A stretch of 61,352 bases of DNA, filler included, from Nemertoderma westbladi (taxonomy: Eukaryota; Animalia; Xenacoelomorpha), in NCBI GenBank assembly GCA_032718475.1. It is 3 parts of 3 records of this genome, joined end to end, with 100 filler letters (N's around TTAATTAATTAA, not from the genome) between each part and the next. Parts side by side here need not be neighbours in the genome. Positions count along the whole stretch, not along the records: positions 1 to 25,508 come from JAUCBJ010005237.1; positions 25,609 to 47,011 come from JAUCBJ010008066.1; 1 more part is not named here. The stretch is one strand, 5' to 3'. The stretch's first letter is position 1. The number at the start of each line of letters is the position of its first letter. Shown piece after piece: positions 23,421-35,720 of this stretch. The position numbers and the translations under genes are program-made. The notes under the pieces are model-generated. The model had not been told where the DNA came from. It made no database searches and worked only from the letters and a program-made list of their open reading frames with translations.

Positions 23421-24122
23421 GAATATTTAAAACTTTAGTCGACGACAGCGTAGCCAGCCATCTACGACCGAATTCATTCACAACTCGAAGTATAATCTTT
23501 GCACAACGCCCTAAATACAGCTTCCACCAGCTTTACTCTACCAACGCAATAAAGTTTACAATTGAATACAGTCCGCAGTGGTGAAAAACTTAATTACCTT
23601 GATGTCACAATACGCCACAGTAATACCGGCATACCACAGTATACATAAACCACCTCAAACAAACTACCAATCCACTTCACCAAGTAACTCCAGGAAAACC
23701 AGCAATTTCAAAGAATTCTGCTTAAACTTTTGAATCTCGCTGGGTGTAGAAGGGAATTTTACAAACTGGTTTACTTTTCGGGTCAGGGTGATTGAACTAG
23801 TGGATGATTTGTGAATTGTCAAACTGTCTCCAGCTAGCTGGCTAGATTCAGGAAGCTCACACTTGCATAAAATCGTAGGGTCACTGCTAGCTTCAACTTC
23901 AACAGTCAGGCCTTTGTTTCCAGTTTGGATTCTGTCGAGTTCAGGACGAATCAGATTGCAGATATACCGAAAATTGTCCTTTCAGAACCGGAATCGGTCA
24001 TAAAATCCTGTTTCATTATACAGTTCGTAAATGTTTGGCCGCGTGGGGTACGATTTCCTATTCTGAGGGCGACGGCTTTGTAAACATAATATTGGTATCA
24101 CTGAAATTTCCGCTAATATTAA

Positions 24123-25508
24123 CCCTATTACCACTGGGGGGGGGGGGGGGGGGGGGGCGAAGCGGCCCCTTCCTAGTTTTTAGTTGCTGTAACTATGCAA
24201 CCACATTACGTACCGGCCCAATTTTTTGTGAGAATTAGCCAAATTTAATGCCGCATCTTTTGCAAAAAACGCCGTTGCAATTGGATTTCTACTTTTCGAT
24301 GTGGGTGCCACCTCAAAATTTGGTCTCCAGCACCAAATTTTTTGAAATTTTCGAATTTTACAAAGTAATTCGTGATTTAGTAATTATTTATGTTTGGGCT
24401 ATTTTTATTTATTTTTATTGGTTTGGATCACTCTAATGTTCTATACAAGTATGTAAGTGTAGTGGTACGTCATTTTTGGAGCACCAAAATTAGGGCGTGG
24501 CACTTCAAATTTTGAAAAATACGAGATTCGGAAAATACACTAAAGTTTTGATTTGCAAAGCATTTTTATAGGTTTTCTGGAGCGCTGCATCGTTTGAAAG
24601 TAATATAGAAGCCTGAAGACTTAGTGGTTCGCCATTTTTGGTGCACCAAAATTAGGGCGTGGTACTTCAAATTTCGAATACTTCAATACGAGATTCGGAA
24701 AATTCACTAAAGTTTTGATTTCAAATTAATTTTATAGTTTTTCTGGAGCGCTGAATCGATTGAAAGTAATATAGAAGCCTCAAATCCTTTGTGTACGTAA
24801 TTTTCGGTGCACCAAAATTAGGGCGTGGCACTTCAAATTTTCAAAATTACTTTATTCGGAAAAAACACTAAAGTTTTGATTTCAAAAAATGGCTAACTTC
24901 TAAGTCTTCAGGCTTCTATATTACTTTCAATCGATTCAGCGGTCTGGAAAACCTATATAAATACGTTAAAATTTCAATTTTGGTTAATTTTCCGAATCTC
25001 GTATTTTTTTAAATTTGAAGTGCCACGCCCTAATTTTGGTGCACCAAAAATGGCGAACCACTCAGTCTTCAGGCTTCTATATTACTTTCAATCGATTCAG
25101 CGGCCCAGAAAACCCATAAAAATGCGTTGAAATAAAAAAATTAGGCTCATTTTCTGAATATCTAATTTTTCAAAATTTGAAGTGCCACGCCCACTTCTTA
25201 GGTGCACGAAAAATAGCATCCACTTCAATTTTTGGAAGTGGAATATAATCACATTCGATTCAGCGTCTTGAAAAACCTACTAAATCTAGCCAACACTGCC
25301 ACACTATTAGTTTTTAGAAAACGAAAAATTTTGTAATTTTGTCCTGGGACTACTTTTATTTTTCATCAAAATTATGAGTCCCTGCTTATGAAATTTTAAC
25401 TTTTTAAGGTTTGGTAGTGTTCATCTATAGTTGTTTCACCAACAGCCCAAATTTTGTAGGATTTCATTGGACGACTACAAAAATATAGTGGGTGGGCCGA
25501 ATCGCCCC
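24123..25508. mobile_element. piggyBac-like non-autonomous element with internal ~170-180-bp direct and inverted repeats
   Basis: TTAA|CCCT start; gggcgaagcggccc vs gggccgaatcgcccc at the gap; attagggcgtgg.acttcaaatt x3 forward and x2 inverted; right end lost in gap. Confidence 0.7.
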
Positions 25509-25608
25509 NNNNNNNNNNNNNNNNNNNNNNNNNNNNNNNNNNNNNNNNNNNNTTAATTAATTAANNNNNNNNNNNNNNNNNNNNNNNNNNNNNNNNNNNN
25601 NNNNNNNN
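25509..25608. other. Assembly gap spacer
   Basis: N-run + TTAATTAATTAA + N-run; same at 47012-47111. Confidence 0.95.
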
Positions 25609-28600
25609 TCAACACGTATCCTACTGCAGGACTGGTAGGTTGCTCGGTTGAATGGATTGGCGACAGCCGTGGTGAGTTGGCGATCGATTCGATATAATAG
25701 GGTAGTGTGGGGCTAGCCACACGATGAGAGGTTTGGGTACGCGAAGATGAATATGCTATGGTTGGTTGATGCAACGACGCGAACCAATACTGACGGGAGG
25801 TAACAGCTGTAGGAGTAAGGAGGGCATCGCGAGGTTAGGCTACGCGTAGGTGATACGCAGCGATTGGTTGAAGGCAACGACGCGAATCAATACTGTTGGT
25901 GACAGATGGTCATTAAACACCTCGATTTAGCACCGGAATTTGGCATTTTTTAATTGCCTCCGAGATGTGGCCCGTAGCCCAGGCTAGGGAGGAGTTAGCC
26001 GAGAACTATGCTTCTCCTACTACTGGCATCCAACACAAGCTTGGTTCCTTCACTATTAGGGCTAAGTCCCTCTAACCTTCTCCTCAACTCGTCATCACCT
26101 AAAAAAACGTTGATAGTCTGACAGATAGATGTCAATGGCATCCCTCTTATGCGGTTTCTCTGCCATCACTTCGCTCTCGGTTGTATCTAGTAGACTGTCT
26201 GACAGGTTCTGCTTTGCGTCAGACATGTTTGTTTATACAGTTGAATGCCTACTGCTATATTACAGTTAAAGCAAGTCTAGTAATTCAGTATTAACTGCTA
26301 GCCTAGTAATTAATTACCGATACTGCTACTCAGTGTAGCTTGATATATATAATATATTATAATACCGGTATGCTTATAGTATATATAACTATATAAGTAT
26401 TATTACAGACTAGGTTTATCACAGAATACCGGTATAATTTTAGCACAAATATATAAATATATAATAGGCCTATCGGGAATACCGGTATACAGCTTACAGT
26501 TTGTAGTATATATAATTCTGAACTAGAATAAATTACAAGTACCGGTATAATTTCAGCCTAAATTTATAGAAATAAAGATAATAGGCCTATCGTAAATACC
26601 GGTATATCAATTATTTTAAATAATTGAATTTCTGAATTTTAGAGTTACTTGGTTACTTTACTTACTTTATTACCGTTATTTGAGCAGTAATCCAACTGAT
26701 ATTGAGACCTAATGGTTGTATGGTAGGCCTACTATTTATAAATCGTTAGATTTGATTTATAATATATATATACCCGTTTTAATGGGTTTTGTCAATGTTT
26801 GAAATAAATGTTATTATTTCTAGGGAGTAATCACTACACAAAGCGGTGCGCTTTCAGTGAAGTGTTACTTATAGGACACTAAAACAAATAATACTAATTT
26901 ACCTAAGTTACTTAATACTACAAATTACGTACAATTCGGGTGAGATTACAATCTCTAAGTAAACACAAAAAATTTACAAAAACACAAAATACGAATTTTC
27001 AGGGTAATTTTACAAGAAGTCTACAAACCAGCCTAACAAAAGGTTAGAAATCTGGTTATTACAACGGACAGGGTACTACGGTATTTGAAAATAATAAGTA
27101 GTAGTAAGTACACTGCGTTGTCCAGATAGGAAAATACCACCGCCTGACGACCTATAGCCGTATCGCTACAGGTACTACGTTATGTATCACGGAGTGTTCC
27201 TACCTAGAAGTTAATAGAGCTAATCGAACGTGCCTATCAACCACTTTACAACACGAATGTAATGCCTACTAATTACTTTCGGAAAGCACTGTACACTAAA
27301 CCCTAAATTAGGTACGAGTACTTGTATAACATATAATCTGTAGTTAAATATACTTGAACAGCTAAAAGAACCACGGCATCTGCTGGAGTGACCGATGCAC
27401 AAAATCACCAGTCTTTACCTACGCCAAGCAGCCCGTGTAGTACCGGGGTTAATTTAACTATAGCGGTATGTATAACAAACACAATTACTGTAGGAACAAA
27501 CTTGGGGAATGAATGTTGCGAATAATCGCATAAACTCTGAATAATAAATATTACGCTACGCGTACAAACCACTCAAACAAAATGCAGACCAAACACTGAC
27601 AGACTACTATCAAGCCTAAACAAACTACGGTATATGTAGACTCCGAAATGGTTAAGTAGTATGCGTTCTAACCCAGTAGTACGACTTATTCTTTAGATGG
27701 GGGTTTACCTTACAGCTTTTGCTGCCCCTACTTCCTAACCGTTCTTTATCGGACAGATGCTTTACACACACTGAAATTTCCTCAAACCCAACAGCAGCCA
27801 GACAACTATCCAGCCTACAAATTATCTAAATAAATTATACGCTACCTGTACAGACTACACAAACAAAGTACAGACTCAACGATGGCAGACTACTCTCAAG
27901 CCTAAATAAACTACAGGACATGCAGACTCCGAAATAATTAGGTAGTATGCGTTCTAACCCAGTAGTACGACTTATTCTTTAGTTGGGGGTTTACCTTACA
28001 GTATTTGCTGCCCCTACTTCCTAACCGTTCTTTATCGGACAGGTGATCTACACGCACTGCAATCCGTTCAGACTTAACAACAATCAGACAACAGCTCAGC
28101 CTACAAATTGTCTGTACAATCTGATCAGGCTTACACGCCTTCTGTTCAATACTGGCCTACAACAAATAAAACTTGACAGAAATAAGTAAAAATCTCAATA
28201 AAAAACCAGGGCGGCCGTTCCCTGATTAAGTACTAAGACCTACCGGTATATAACTATCAAATTCGAATAATACTAATGTACTTATACTGGAAGTACCGGT
28301 TAGGACAGTTGGGCCTACTGACCTACAGATGTACCATTCAGGTTTACCGGTTGACCGGTACTTTCAACTTTATTGCTTACCGCAATAAAGAAGCATATAT
28401 CCGTTATTGTTCGCGCTTTCAGACCTTTGGCAGTTTAACCCGCCAAATTAGGATGTCTTCTAGATAATAAATCACCTTTAGCCTATGACAAGTATTTAAT
28501 TCACTACACTAGTCGAAACCAATCTGTGCGCGATCATTCACCCGCTGGATATACCCGGGAGATTGGGTTCGACGGCTTAATTTTATTGCTATGTAAGCCT

Positions 28601-29605
28601 AATGTATTATTCGACTGACAGTATTATATAATCTCTGACAATATTATTCACCTTCGGGGAATATTAACAGTTCCTTTAGGACGTGGCGCTCTATCTATAC
28701 AAACAGAGTTATGACTTAAACTACTCACAACGATATGGCTTAGTTATAATTCACATATATGGCGCATTCTTTAGGAAATGCTTCGTTATCAGTCTCACTC
28801 ATACACAATGCTGCACAATACTGCACACTAATCTGCCGATCTTCACTGATTTTAGTCACATATAAAAGGAACACGGACCGAATCATGTAGGGTCTATCAA
28901 ATAACATTAGATTCACTTCAAACCACTTTAACATAAGTCACAATTGTTATATGTAACCCTTCTCTCTTACCTTCGGTATATCAAGAATATTGGGTTTCGG
29001 GGTTATTTACCGTTATTCCAAATATAATAATTCATCAACCATATTATGAAGAACTGACAGTAAATAGCAGTATAACAATATAAAGTATGCACAGGTTGTT
29101 CGATTAGGTATGGTATGTTATGTTGTGATAAATGCAGATAACGGATATATGTCCTTATAATTAAGCCTACTAGTGTAGGGCTAAAGCCGTTCTTCCTGGC
29201 TTAGAATCACCAACAACACTAAAAACTGAAAAAGAATAACTATAAGAATACCAGCTACCCTTATTCTACAAAGATCTCATCCACCACAGAGAATGAGCAT
29301 ACAGATAGGAAATTCAGTTCAGTAGATCTGTGATAGGTCAAAATCAAAACCAACTCAAATCCTATTGGCAGATACAGAAAGCAGGGCTTATGGGGCAACG
29401 TGGCAATATCAGCCGTTAGCCGTCGTCATGGTAGCGACACTGTTTTCAAGAGTATAAATCCTCTAAAGTACAAATACAGAAGAAATGGCTTTTATGTCCT
29501 CCAAAACACCAGTACAGCAAGGACACGGCCTTTTTATGCCTGGTAAACCAACCACAGAGTACTTTACGGGGATAATAACCGGCTAATTACGCAAAAGCTT
29601 TTACA
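25609..29605 (-). mobile_element. BEL/Pao family copy 2 (5' LTR, leader and degenerate ORF start; cut by gap)
   Basis: LTR 28408-29605 (TGTAAAAGC...GCGCGAACA on minus); 26050-28400 collinear with copy 1 leader and ORF start. Confidence 0.9.
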
Positions 29606-30230
29606 GCTTGACCCCATTGTTTATATCGTATTGGGGCTGTTAAATGCCTATGTACCGTGTATTAATTGTATTGTATACCTTGGAGTCGTTGTTGAAGCTT
29701 GGCCCCATTGTTTATATCGTATTGGGGCTGTTAAATGCCTATGTACCGTGTATTAATTGTATTGTATACCTTGGAGTCGTTGTTGAAGCTTGACCCCATT
29801 GTTTATATCGTATTGGGGCTGTTAAATGCCTATGTACCGTGTATTAATTGTATTGTATACCTTGGAGTCGTTGTTGAAGCTTGACCCCATTGTTTATATC
29901 GTATTGGGGCTGTTAAATGCCTATGTACCGTGTATTAATTGTATTGTATACCTTGGAGTCGTTGTTGAAGCTTGACCCCATTGTTTATATCGTATTGGGG
30001 CTGTTAAATGCCTATGTACCGTGTATTAATTGTATTGTATACCTTGGAGTCGTTGTTGAAGCTTGACCCCATTGTTTATATCGTATTGGGGCTGTTAAAT
30101 GCCTATGTACCGTGTATTAATTGCATTGTATACCTTGGAGTCGTTGTTGAAGCTTGACCCCATTGTTTATATCGTAGTGGTGCTGTTAAACGCCTACCGT
30201 GTATTAATTGCATTGTATACCTTGAAAACA
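29606..30230 (+). repeat. 91-bp tandem array, ~7 copies
   Basis: gcttgaccccattgtttatatcgtattgggg... starting at 29606, 29697, 29788, 29879, 29970, 30061, 30152. Confidence 0.95.
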
Positions 30231-31164
30231 TTATAGAAGCTTGGCATGTTGCTGTCCCATTGTTTATCACACTTATAGTGTATACCTCGAACATATAATA
30301 TCTATAATGAGCTAAAACTGTCTACCTTGGTATAAAAATGTCTACCTTGGAACGAACAAACTCTTTCACTTCCAAGGGATACAAATTCCAAGGGATACCG
30401 TCTTATACCAAGGTATACCAATATACTGCAGTATCATAGAAACGGGAAGGGCAGCGACAATTTATCTTAGCCAACACAAAGGGCTCTATAGAAGTAATTA
30501 AAATTGTAAGTGCCGATATAAACCCGTTCGTTTGTAGAAAATGACAGGCAGTCAAAGTTATGTTCCAAGGGTATACATATTTATCCAAAATCGTATCCTA
30601 CCCTCCTTAAACAGATTGTGTGGTCAAATTGCAGGAAGTAGGAGGGTCGAATAGATATAATTTGGGAAGCAGAATCAATACTCATTACAATAAATGTTTA
30701 TTTGGCGGCATTCCGACACCATGTAGACAGTCTGTAGATGTTGTTTATACACCATTTTTTTAAAGAAAAAAGTGAAATTCTATATAGTTTGTTATGCTAG
30801 ACGTTGTTTTAAGCCATGGGTCATGTTTATGTGCCCTTTGTGATTAAATGAAGAAGCAACGTCCACTCTATCGATTGGTATATAATATTGGCCAAGATAT
30901 TCAAGTCATATTTTTGTATGGCAGCTTATTTCATGGGGACTATATTTTGCAACGCCCAAGGTAGACACCAAGGTATACATTTTTATGACTTGACTTCTTG
31001 TAGTGAAAATACAATATTAGTGTGCAACTCAGATTTTATCTATGTTGTAGAGCTCGCTCTAATCTTCCAAACGAGCCATCAACCATTAAAATCGGTTGAT
31101 GTAAACTGGATTTATAAGCAAAAGTGTGAATTTGCAAAAATGTGCCATCCTTACTGACCAATGA

Positions 31165-31390
31165 CCATAATAGTGTTTGGTGGCGCAGGTTCGAATCCGA
31201 CTAAAGGCTGTAGAAATTTCGCACTGTTGTGTCCCTAGGCAAGACACTTTAGACATTAGTGCCTACGCCAACCCAGCGGTATAATGGGAACCTGGCTTTG
31301 CTGGGGTAATGATAATAAAAGCGCTTTGAGTATGCCGAGCATAATAAAGCGCTATATAAATAACCAATATTATTATTATTATTATTATTA
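31165..31390 (+). mobile_element. tRNA-derived SINE with CORE-like centre and L2-like tail
   Basis: B box GGTTCGAATCC, gtgtccctaggcaagacactt, aagcgctttgag..aaagcgctatataaat, (ATT)n. Confidence 0.75.
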
Positions 31391-31998
31391 ACCATTTTAT
31401 TGCGTAATCAGGCGTCATTGGATATATTAGGACCGTAATCAGGCGTCATTGGATATATTAGGACTACATAGAAGTTCATATAACGTTTTTACTCGAATAA
31501 GAGCCTGGGCGTTTAAGTTTATAAATTGCCAATTGGGGAGGCGTTAATTGTATGGTTCGAGTGGGGGAGTTTATGCTTATGTTCTAGATTTTCAGAATTT
31601 TGAATCTAAATACCTAATAAAGAATGTTGTTACGAATGCTCTCAAGGGGAAAATCGATAAAATGCTAACTAGCAAACAACTCACAAAAATTAAAAATTAT
31701 ATTAATATTCAAAATAAATATTAACAATATCATGACAAGAAAAGTAGTGTTACCGTATTCGCGCATCTCTCTTGTATGTTTGGTTTCTCACTACTGTATT
31801 TTAGTTTCAGTTATAGACTAGACTAGACCTTCAGTTTGCTCTTGAGCTAAAAACCTGCCAAATCTAATTATAATAATGTGATAATAATTGTAACATTCGG
31901 TTAATGTACCGGTAATTACTATTTCATTTAGTAACTTCCGCTGTCTGCACTTGTTTATAGATCTCGGAATTATTGCCTTTCACATCTTTAATAACTCA

Positions 31999-32463
31999 TT
32001 ACGTGACCCATTTGAGACAACGCGTGTCTCTATGTGTACCCAGACACCGAACCGAGCAGTACCTAGCGCCACACGGCACGCATGTATAAGTAGAAGGGAA
32101 CCCGCAAACCGCGCAAAACTTACGCGCGGGCAGTTGTGAGGGGCGCGCCGCGGCCGTGAAGTAATTTGGTCTCGTTTCCTTGGTAACCGAATACTCTTCG
32201 TCGAGTAGTTGGGCCAGGGTCTTACGGAAACGCTGTTTAAAGTGGTCGGATCTTGTCACCTTTTTCCGACGTCCGCCCAGTTTCGGGCTGCCACTGTCCG
32301 CCGTTGGTTCCGCGAATTTATTGTTTTTTACGCCGCCGTTTTGTTTAGCGCCACCTCCTGGTTCTTCGTGGTAATTATCCCGCTCTAGGTCGGCCAGCTG
32401 ACGGTTCTGTCGGCGTTTCCGTGACAACGTGTCCAGTACCTGTCCGGGTCGACGCGATTCCAT
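31999..32463 (-). CDS. ZNHIT1: Zinc finger HIT domain protein 1 (Vps71/SWC6, SRCAP complex)
   Basis: LERDNYHEE, FKQRFRKT, PNYFTAAARPS.LPARKFCAVCGFPSTYTCVPCGARYCSVRCLGTHRDTRCLKW; complete single-exon ORF. Confidence 0.96.
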   Translation of the reverse strand: MESRRPGQVLDTLSRKRRQNRQLADLERDNYHEEPGGGAKQNGGVKNNKFAEPTADSGSPKLGGRRKKVTRSDHFKQRFRKTLAQLLDEEYSVTKETRPNYFTAAARPSQLPARKFCAVCGFPSTYTCVPCGARYCSVRCLGTHRDTRCLKWVT

Positions 32464-32599
32464 TTCGTATTTTCGTGGGTACCGTTGTTATGGCGCGAAA
32501 ACGATAAACCTTACCGGTAGCGGTAGGGGATTCGAGAATGTTAAGAGGGAAATGCAGAAATGTACAATCCTGCAATCTCGAGCAGAAAGGCCACAGCTG

Positions 32600-32870
32600 C
32601 AGGGTATAACTTTTCGCCGTATCCGTATGCATTTGCCGTATCCGTATACGCATACACGTATGTGCGTATGTAATGGATTCCTATGGAGAATAATCCGTAT
32701 GTGATTTTAAAGATTAGGCATTGCGCACCAGTAAGAAGTGCACAGCACACATGCAGACTGAAGACAGGTAGGCCTACTTAAAAGCGATATGATTTAAAGA
32801 TTGCGGCTGCCGCTACCTAAGTACCTAACTGCCTAATGGCAAATAAATATTGTAGGTCCAGGATGAGTGA
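32600..32870. repeat. Dispersed ~310-bp repeat, interrupted by the LINE
   Basis: Reverse-complement copies at 53538-53850 (uninterrupted) and 38000-38113 (partial). Confidence 0.85.
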
Positions 32871-35720
32871 CTACTACTACTACTAGGATCGGCATGCTGC
32901 ATTGCAGCTGCATTTTTAAGAATGCTGTGCCGGCTTATCGACAAAATCGCACCGCCACAACTCCCTATCACCCATGACATTTGCTAGATCATCCGCATCT
33001 TCAAGGCCAGTGTCCTTTAAGATGCGTCTCAAGAAAGTCATGGGTTGTCCACCATGCTTATTCACTCCATGAGGCTGCCAAAGTACAAGATTATGCACTG
33101 GCTGGTCCTCACGGCGAAAGCAATGTCCTGCAAAGCGGAGCCGATTTTGTTCTAGTGTCAAGCTTGGGGGAACCAATGAGACACCTCCAATGTTATATAG
33201 TGTCTGGTTGGAGATGTGTGCATTGTACTTGACACAATGTACCCGGCGTAGCATTCTTGTGAATGTGCCATCCAGAGATTTGGTGTCCTCAGCAGTTAGA
33301 GCCCAGCATGGACTCCCGTAGAGGAGTACTGGAACTACTGCTGCTCTAAATAACCGGACCTTAAGTTTCCGATTAATTCTAGGTGACTTCCAAATCCTGG
33401 AAAGCCTATTCAAGGCTGCCCATGCCTTTCCCTTACGTATTCGAAGGTCCTCACCTGACTTCCGGATCCATGATCCCAGGTAACAGAAGTCGTCCACATG
33501 CTCAAGCATACCATCCTTTGAGCTTATGCTCATCCGATCAGAGACTTGCTGAGGACTTTCAAAGTTAACTGTCAGAATTTTGGTCTTTCTGGAGTTAATA
33601 AAAAGACCAACACTAGAAGCAGCATGTTCTAATGAGCTGAGGAGCCGCTGGGCTCCCTCTAATGATTCTGAGAGTACTCCTAAGTCATCAGCAAAGTCTA
33701 GATCAGTTAGGTACTTGGCAGGATTTCCTCGACTTCTGGAGCCAGTAGGTGGAGTTATCATCACCCCATCATCATTATGATGATCTAAGGACATGCGTAG
33801 AACATAGTCAACCACAATAATGAACAAGAATGGTGCAAGTGTGTCTCCTTGGAGGACGCCCCATAACACTTCAAATGGTTCTGTGTCACCGTCAACAGTA
33901 GACACAAATGTTGTTGAACCATCGTATACTGATCTGATTGCTGCAATAATTTCATCAGGAATCCCATATAATGAAAGTATGCTGAACATACGTGAGCGAG
34001 AGACTGAATCAAAGGCCTTGAAGAAGTCAACAAAGATAACAGCCAGATGCCTGTCTTTCTTTTTTGATAACTCTTCAATTATCCTTCTAAGTGCCAAAAT
34101 GGGCTCCATGGTCCCACGACCTTTACGGAACCCATTCTGATTTCCACGTAGCAGTCTCTCAATGGGATCCCTGATGCGATTTAATAGAATTCTATTGTAT
34201 AGTTTTGCAGCAATCGAGATCAATGAGATTCCCCGAAAAGAACCATAGAGTGTTAGGTTGCCTTTCTTGGGAACTGGCACCAACTTATTTGTTTTCATTT
34301 CTTGTGGGACTCTTGTTGTACGGTACATGTCTACTATGATGGGATAGATGAGCTCTAAACACTCAGGTATTTTAAAGACCTCAGGGGGAACACCATCTAC
34401 TCCACTGGCACGATTGGTCTTAATGCTCTTTGCAGCAGCATTCACTTCTGCAAAGGAGATATCGCCAATGGGAATATCTGGGAGTACAGACTCAGACACT
34501 TTTACTTCTATAAAGTTATCAGGCAATACCCTGTCATTATTGAGGAGCTTTTCAAAGTGGGCTTTCCAACCATTGAGGCGATCGGCTGGTGATTCAGCCT
34601 TAACCTTGGTGGTTGGTTGGCTTTTCCGCCCAGTAAGCAGATTGATCGATTTCCATGCCTGGGATGATTGCCTGCTGTCGTCAGCATCATTGATGGCATC
34701 AACCTGTTGGTTTATTAGCTCCTGTAGATTAACAGAGTACTGCCTGTTCAGGGACCTAGATGCAGCTTTAACTGCATTCTTGGCCGCTGTAGTCTGTTTG
34801 AGTCGGGACTCTTTCTGCGCCTTATGAAGGTCATTTCGGCACTTCTGAATTTTGTTGTCAGTCCAGGGGGCCCTTTTCCTGTTTCGAGGGTATACAGGAA
34901 CTGTTTCTGCAGCTGCTAACTTAACTGCTTCTGTAAAGGCAGTATAGCCCTCACAGTGATCTGCCGCCTCAGAGGCAAGAGCCTCATACCTGTTGCTCAG
35001 CTGTAGTGTGAAGCTGGATCTCACACTTGGCTGTTGCAACAGAGAGGACCAGTCATGCCGTGGCAAGGCAGATTTCGTTCTTCTGCTAGCACGCAGACTA
35101 AGTCTTACCTTGGCCACAATAAGGCGGTGATCACTGGAGAAGGGTCGAAGTGTAAATGCATTACAGTCTTGTATAGAGCTCCTGTATTTCCTACGAAACA
35201 GAATATGGTCTATCTGGGACTTGTGACCACTGGGTCCACTATGAGTCCATAGCTTTCCAGTTCGCTTCTTGAACTGGGTTCCAGCCGAAAACAATCCATT
35301 TCCAGAGATAAAATCCTGAAGATGGACAGAATTTCGGTTAACACTATTGCTATAGACCCAGGGTGATGTCGGTGATTGATGCAGACTTGCATTAAAGTCT
35401 CCCAGGAATGTTAAGAATGCATGCTGATCCACTCCATCAGTAGCTGCTTGTAGATTGTGGTAGAAATTTTCCACCTCCTCTACAGGGGCAACACTAGTTG
35501 GAGAGTAGCACACAATCAGAACCACCTTAGGAAACTTCTTAGCCAGTCTTCCAGAACATGAGAAGTGGCAACGGATGATGCGGTTAGAGATTTGGTCTAT
35601 TTTGTCCAATGCTGCATGTGCAGTTGGATTCATCAATAGACCAATTCCACCATTGCCACTATCATCTGCTGACGCGAGGGCGAGTCGCCAACCACCCCCC
35701 ATGTCCCTGACAGTGACAGA
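32871..35720 (-). mobile_element. RTE-type non-LTR retrotransposon, slightly 5'-truncated
   Basis: Uninterrupted APE+RT ORF, very short 3' UTR, (TAG)n tail. Confidence 0.92.
32916..35702 (-). CDS. APE endonuclease + reverse transcriptase
   Basis: YSPT, GDFNA, QIDHIL, SDHRL; QNGFRKGR, FVDFFKAFDS, GVLQGDTLAP, FADD, YLGS. Confidence 0.95.
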   Translation of the reverse strand: MGGGWRLALASADDSGNGGIGLLMNPTAHAALDKIDQISNRIIRCHFSCSGRLAKKFPKVVLIVCYSPTSVAPVEEVENFYHNLQAATDGVDQHAFLTFLGDFNASLHQSPTSPWVYSNSVNRNSVHLQDFISGNGLFSAGTQFKKRTGKLWTHSGPSGHKSQIDHILFRRKYRSSIQDCNAFTLRPFSSDHRLIVAKVRLSLRASRRTKSALPRHDWSSLLQQPSVRSSFTLQLSNRYEALASEAADHCEGYTAFTEAVKLAAAETVPVYPRNRKRAPWTDNKIQKCRNDLHKAQKESRLKQTTAAKNAVKAASRSLNRQYSVNLQELINQQVDAINDADDSRQSSQAWKSINLLTGRKSQPTTKVKAESPADRLNGWKAHFEKLLNNDRVLPDNFIEVKVSESVLPDIPIGDISFAEVNAAAKSIKTNRASGVDGVPPEVFKIPECLELIYPIIVDMYRTTRVPQEMKTNKLVPVPKKGNLTLYGSFRGISLISIAAKLYNRILLNRIRDPIERLLRGNQNGFRKGRGTMEPILALRRIIEELSKKKDRHLAVIFVDFFKAFDSVSRSRMFSILSLYGIPDEIIAAIRSVYDGSTTFVSTVDGDTEPFEVLWGVLQGDTLAPFLFIIVVDYVLRMSLDHHNDDGVMITPPTGSRSRGNPAKYLTDLDFADDLGVLSESLEGAQRLLSSLEHAASSVGLFINSRKTKILTVNFESPQQVSDRMSISSKDGMLEHVDDFCYLGSWIRKSGEDLRIRKGKAWAALNRLSRIWKSPRINRKLKVRLFRAAVVPVLLYGSPCWALTAEDTKSLDGTFTRMLRRVHCVKYNAHISNQTLYNIGGVSLVPPSLTLEQNRLRFAGHCFRREDQPVHNLVLWQPHGVNKHGGQPMTFLRRILKDTGLEDADDLANVMGDRELWRCDFVDKPAQHS

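Noticed and set aside
25509-25608. TTAATTAATTAA between N-runs (also 47012-47111)
   Set aside because: Identical in both gaps; artificial scaffolding spacer, and adjacency across it is unverified
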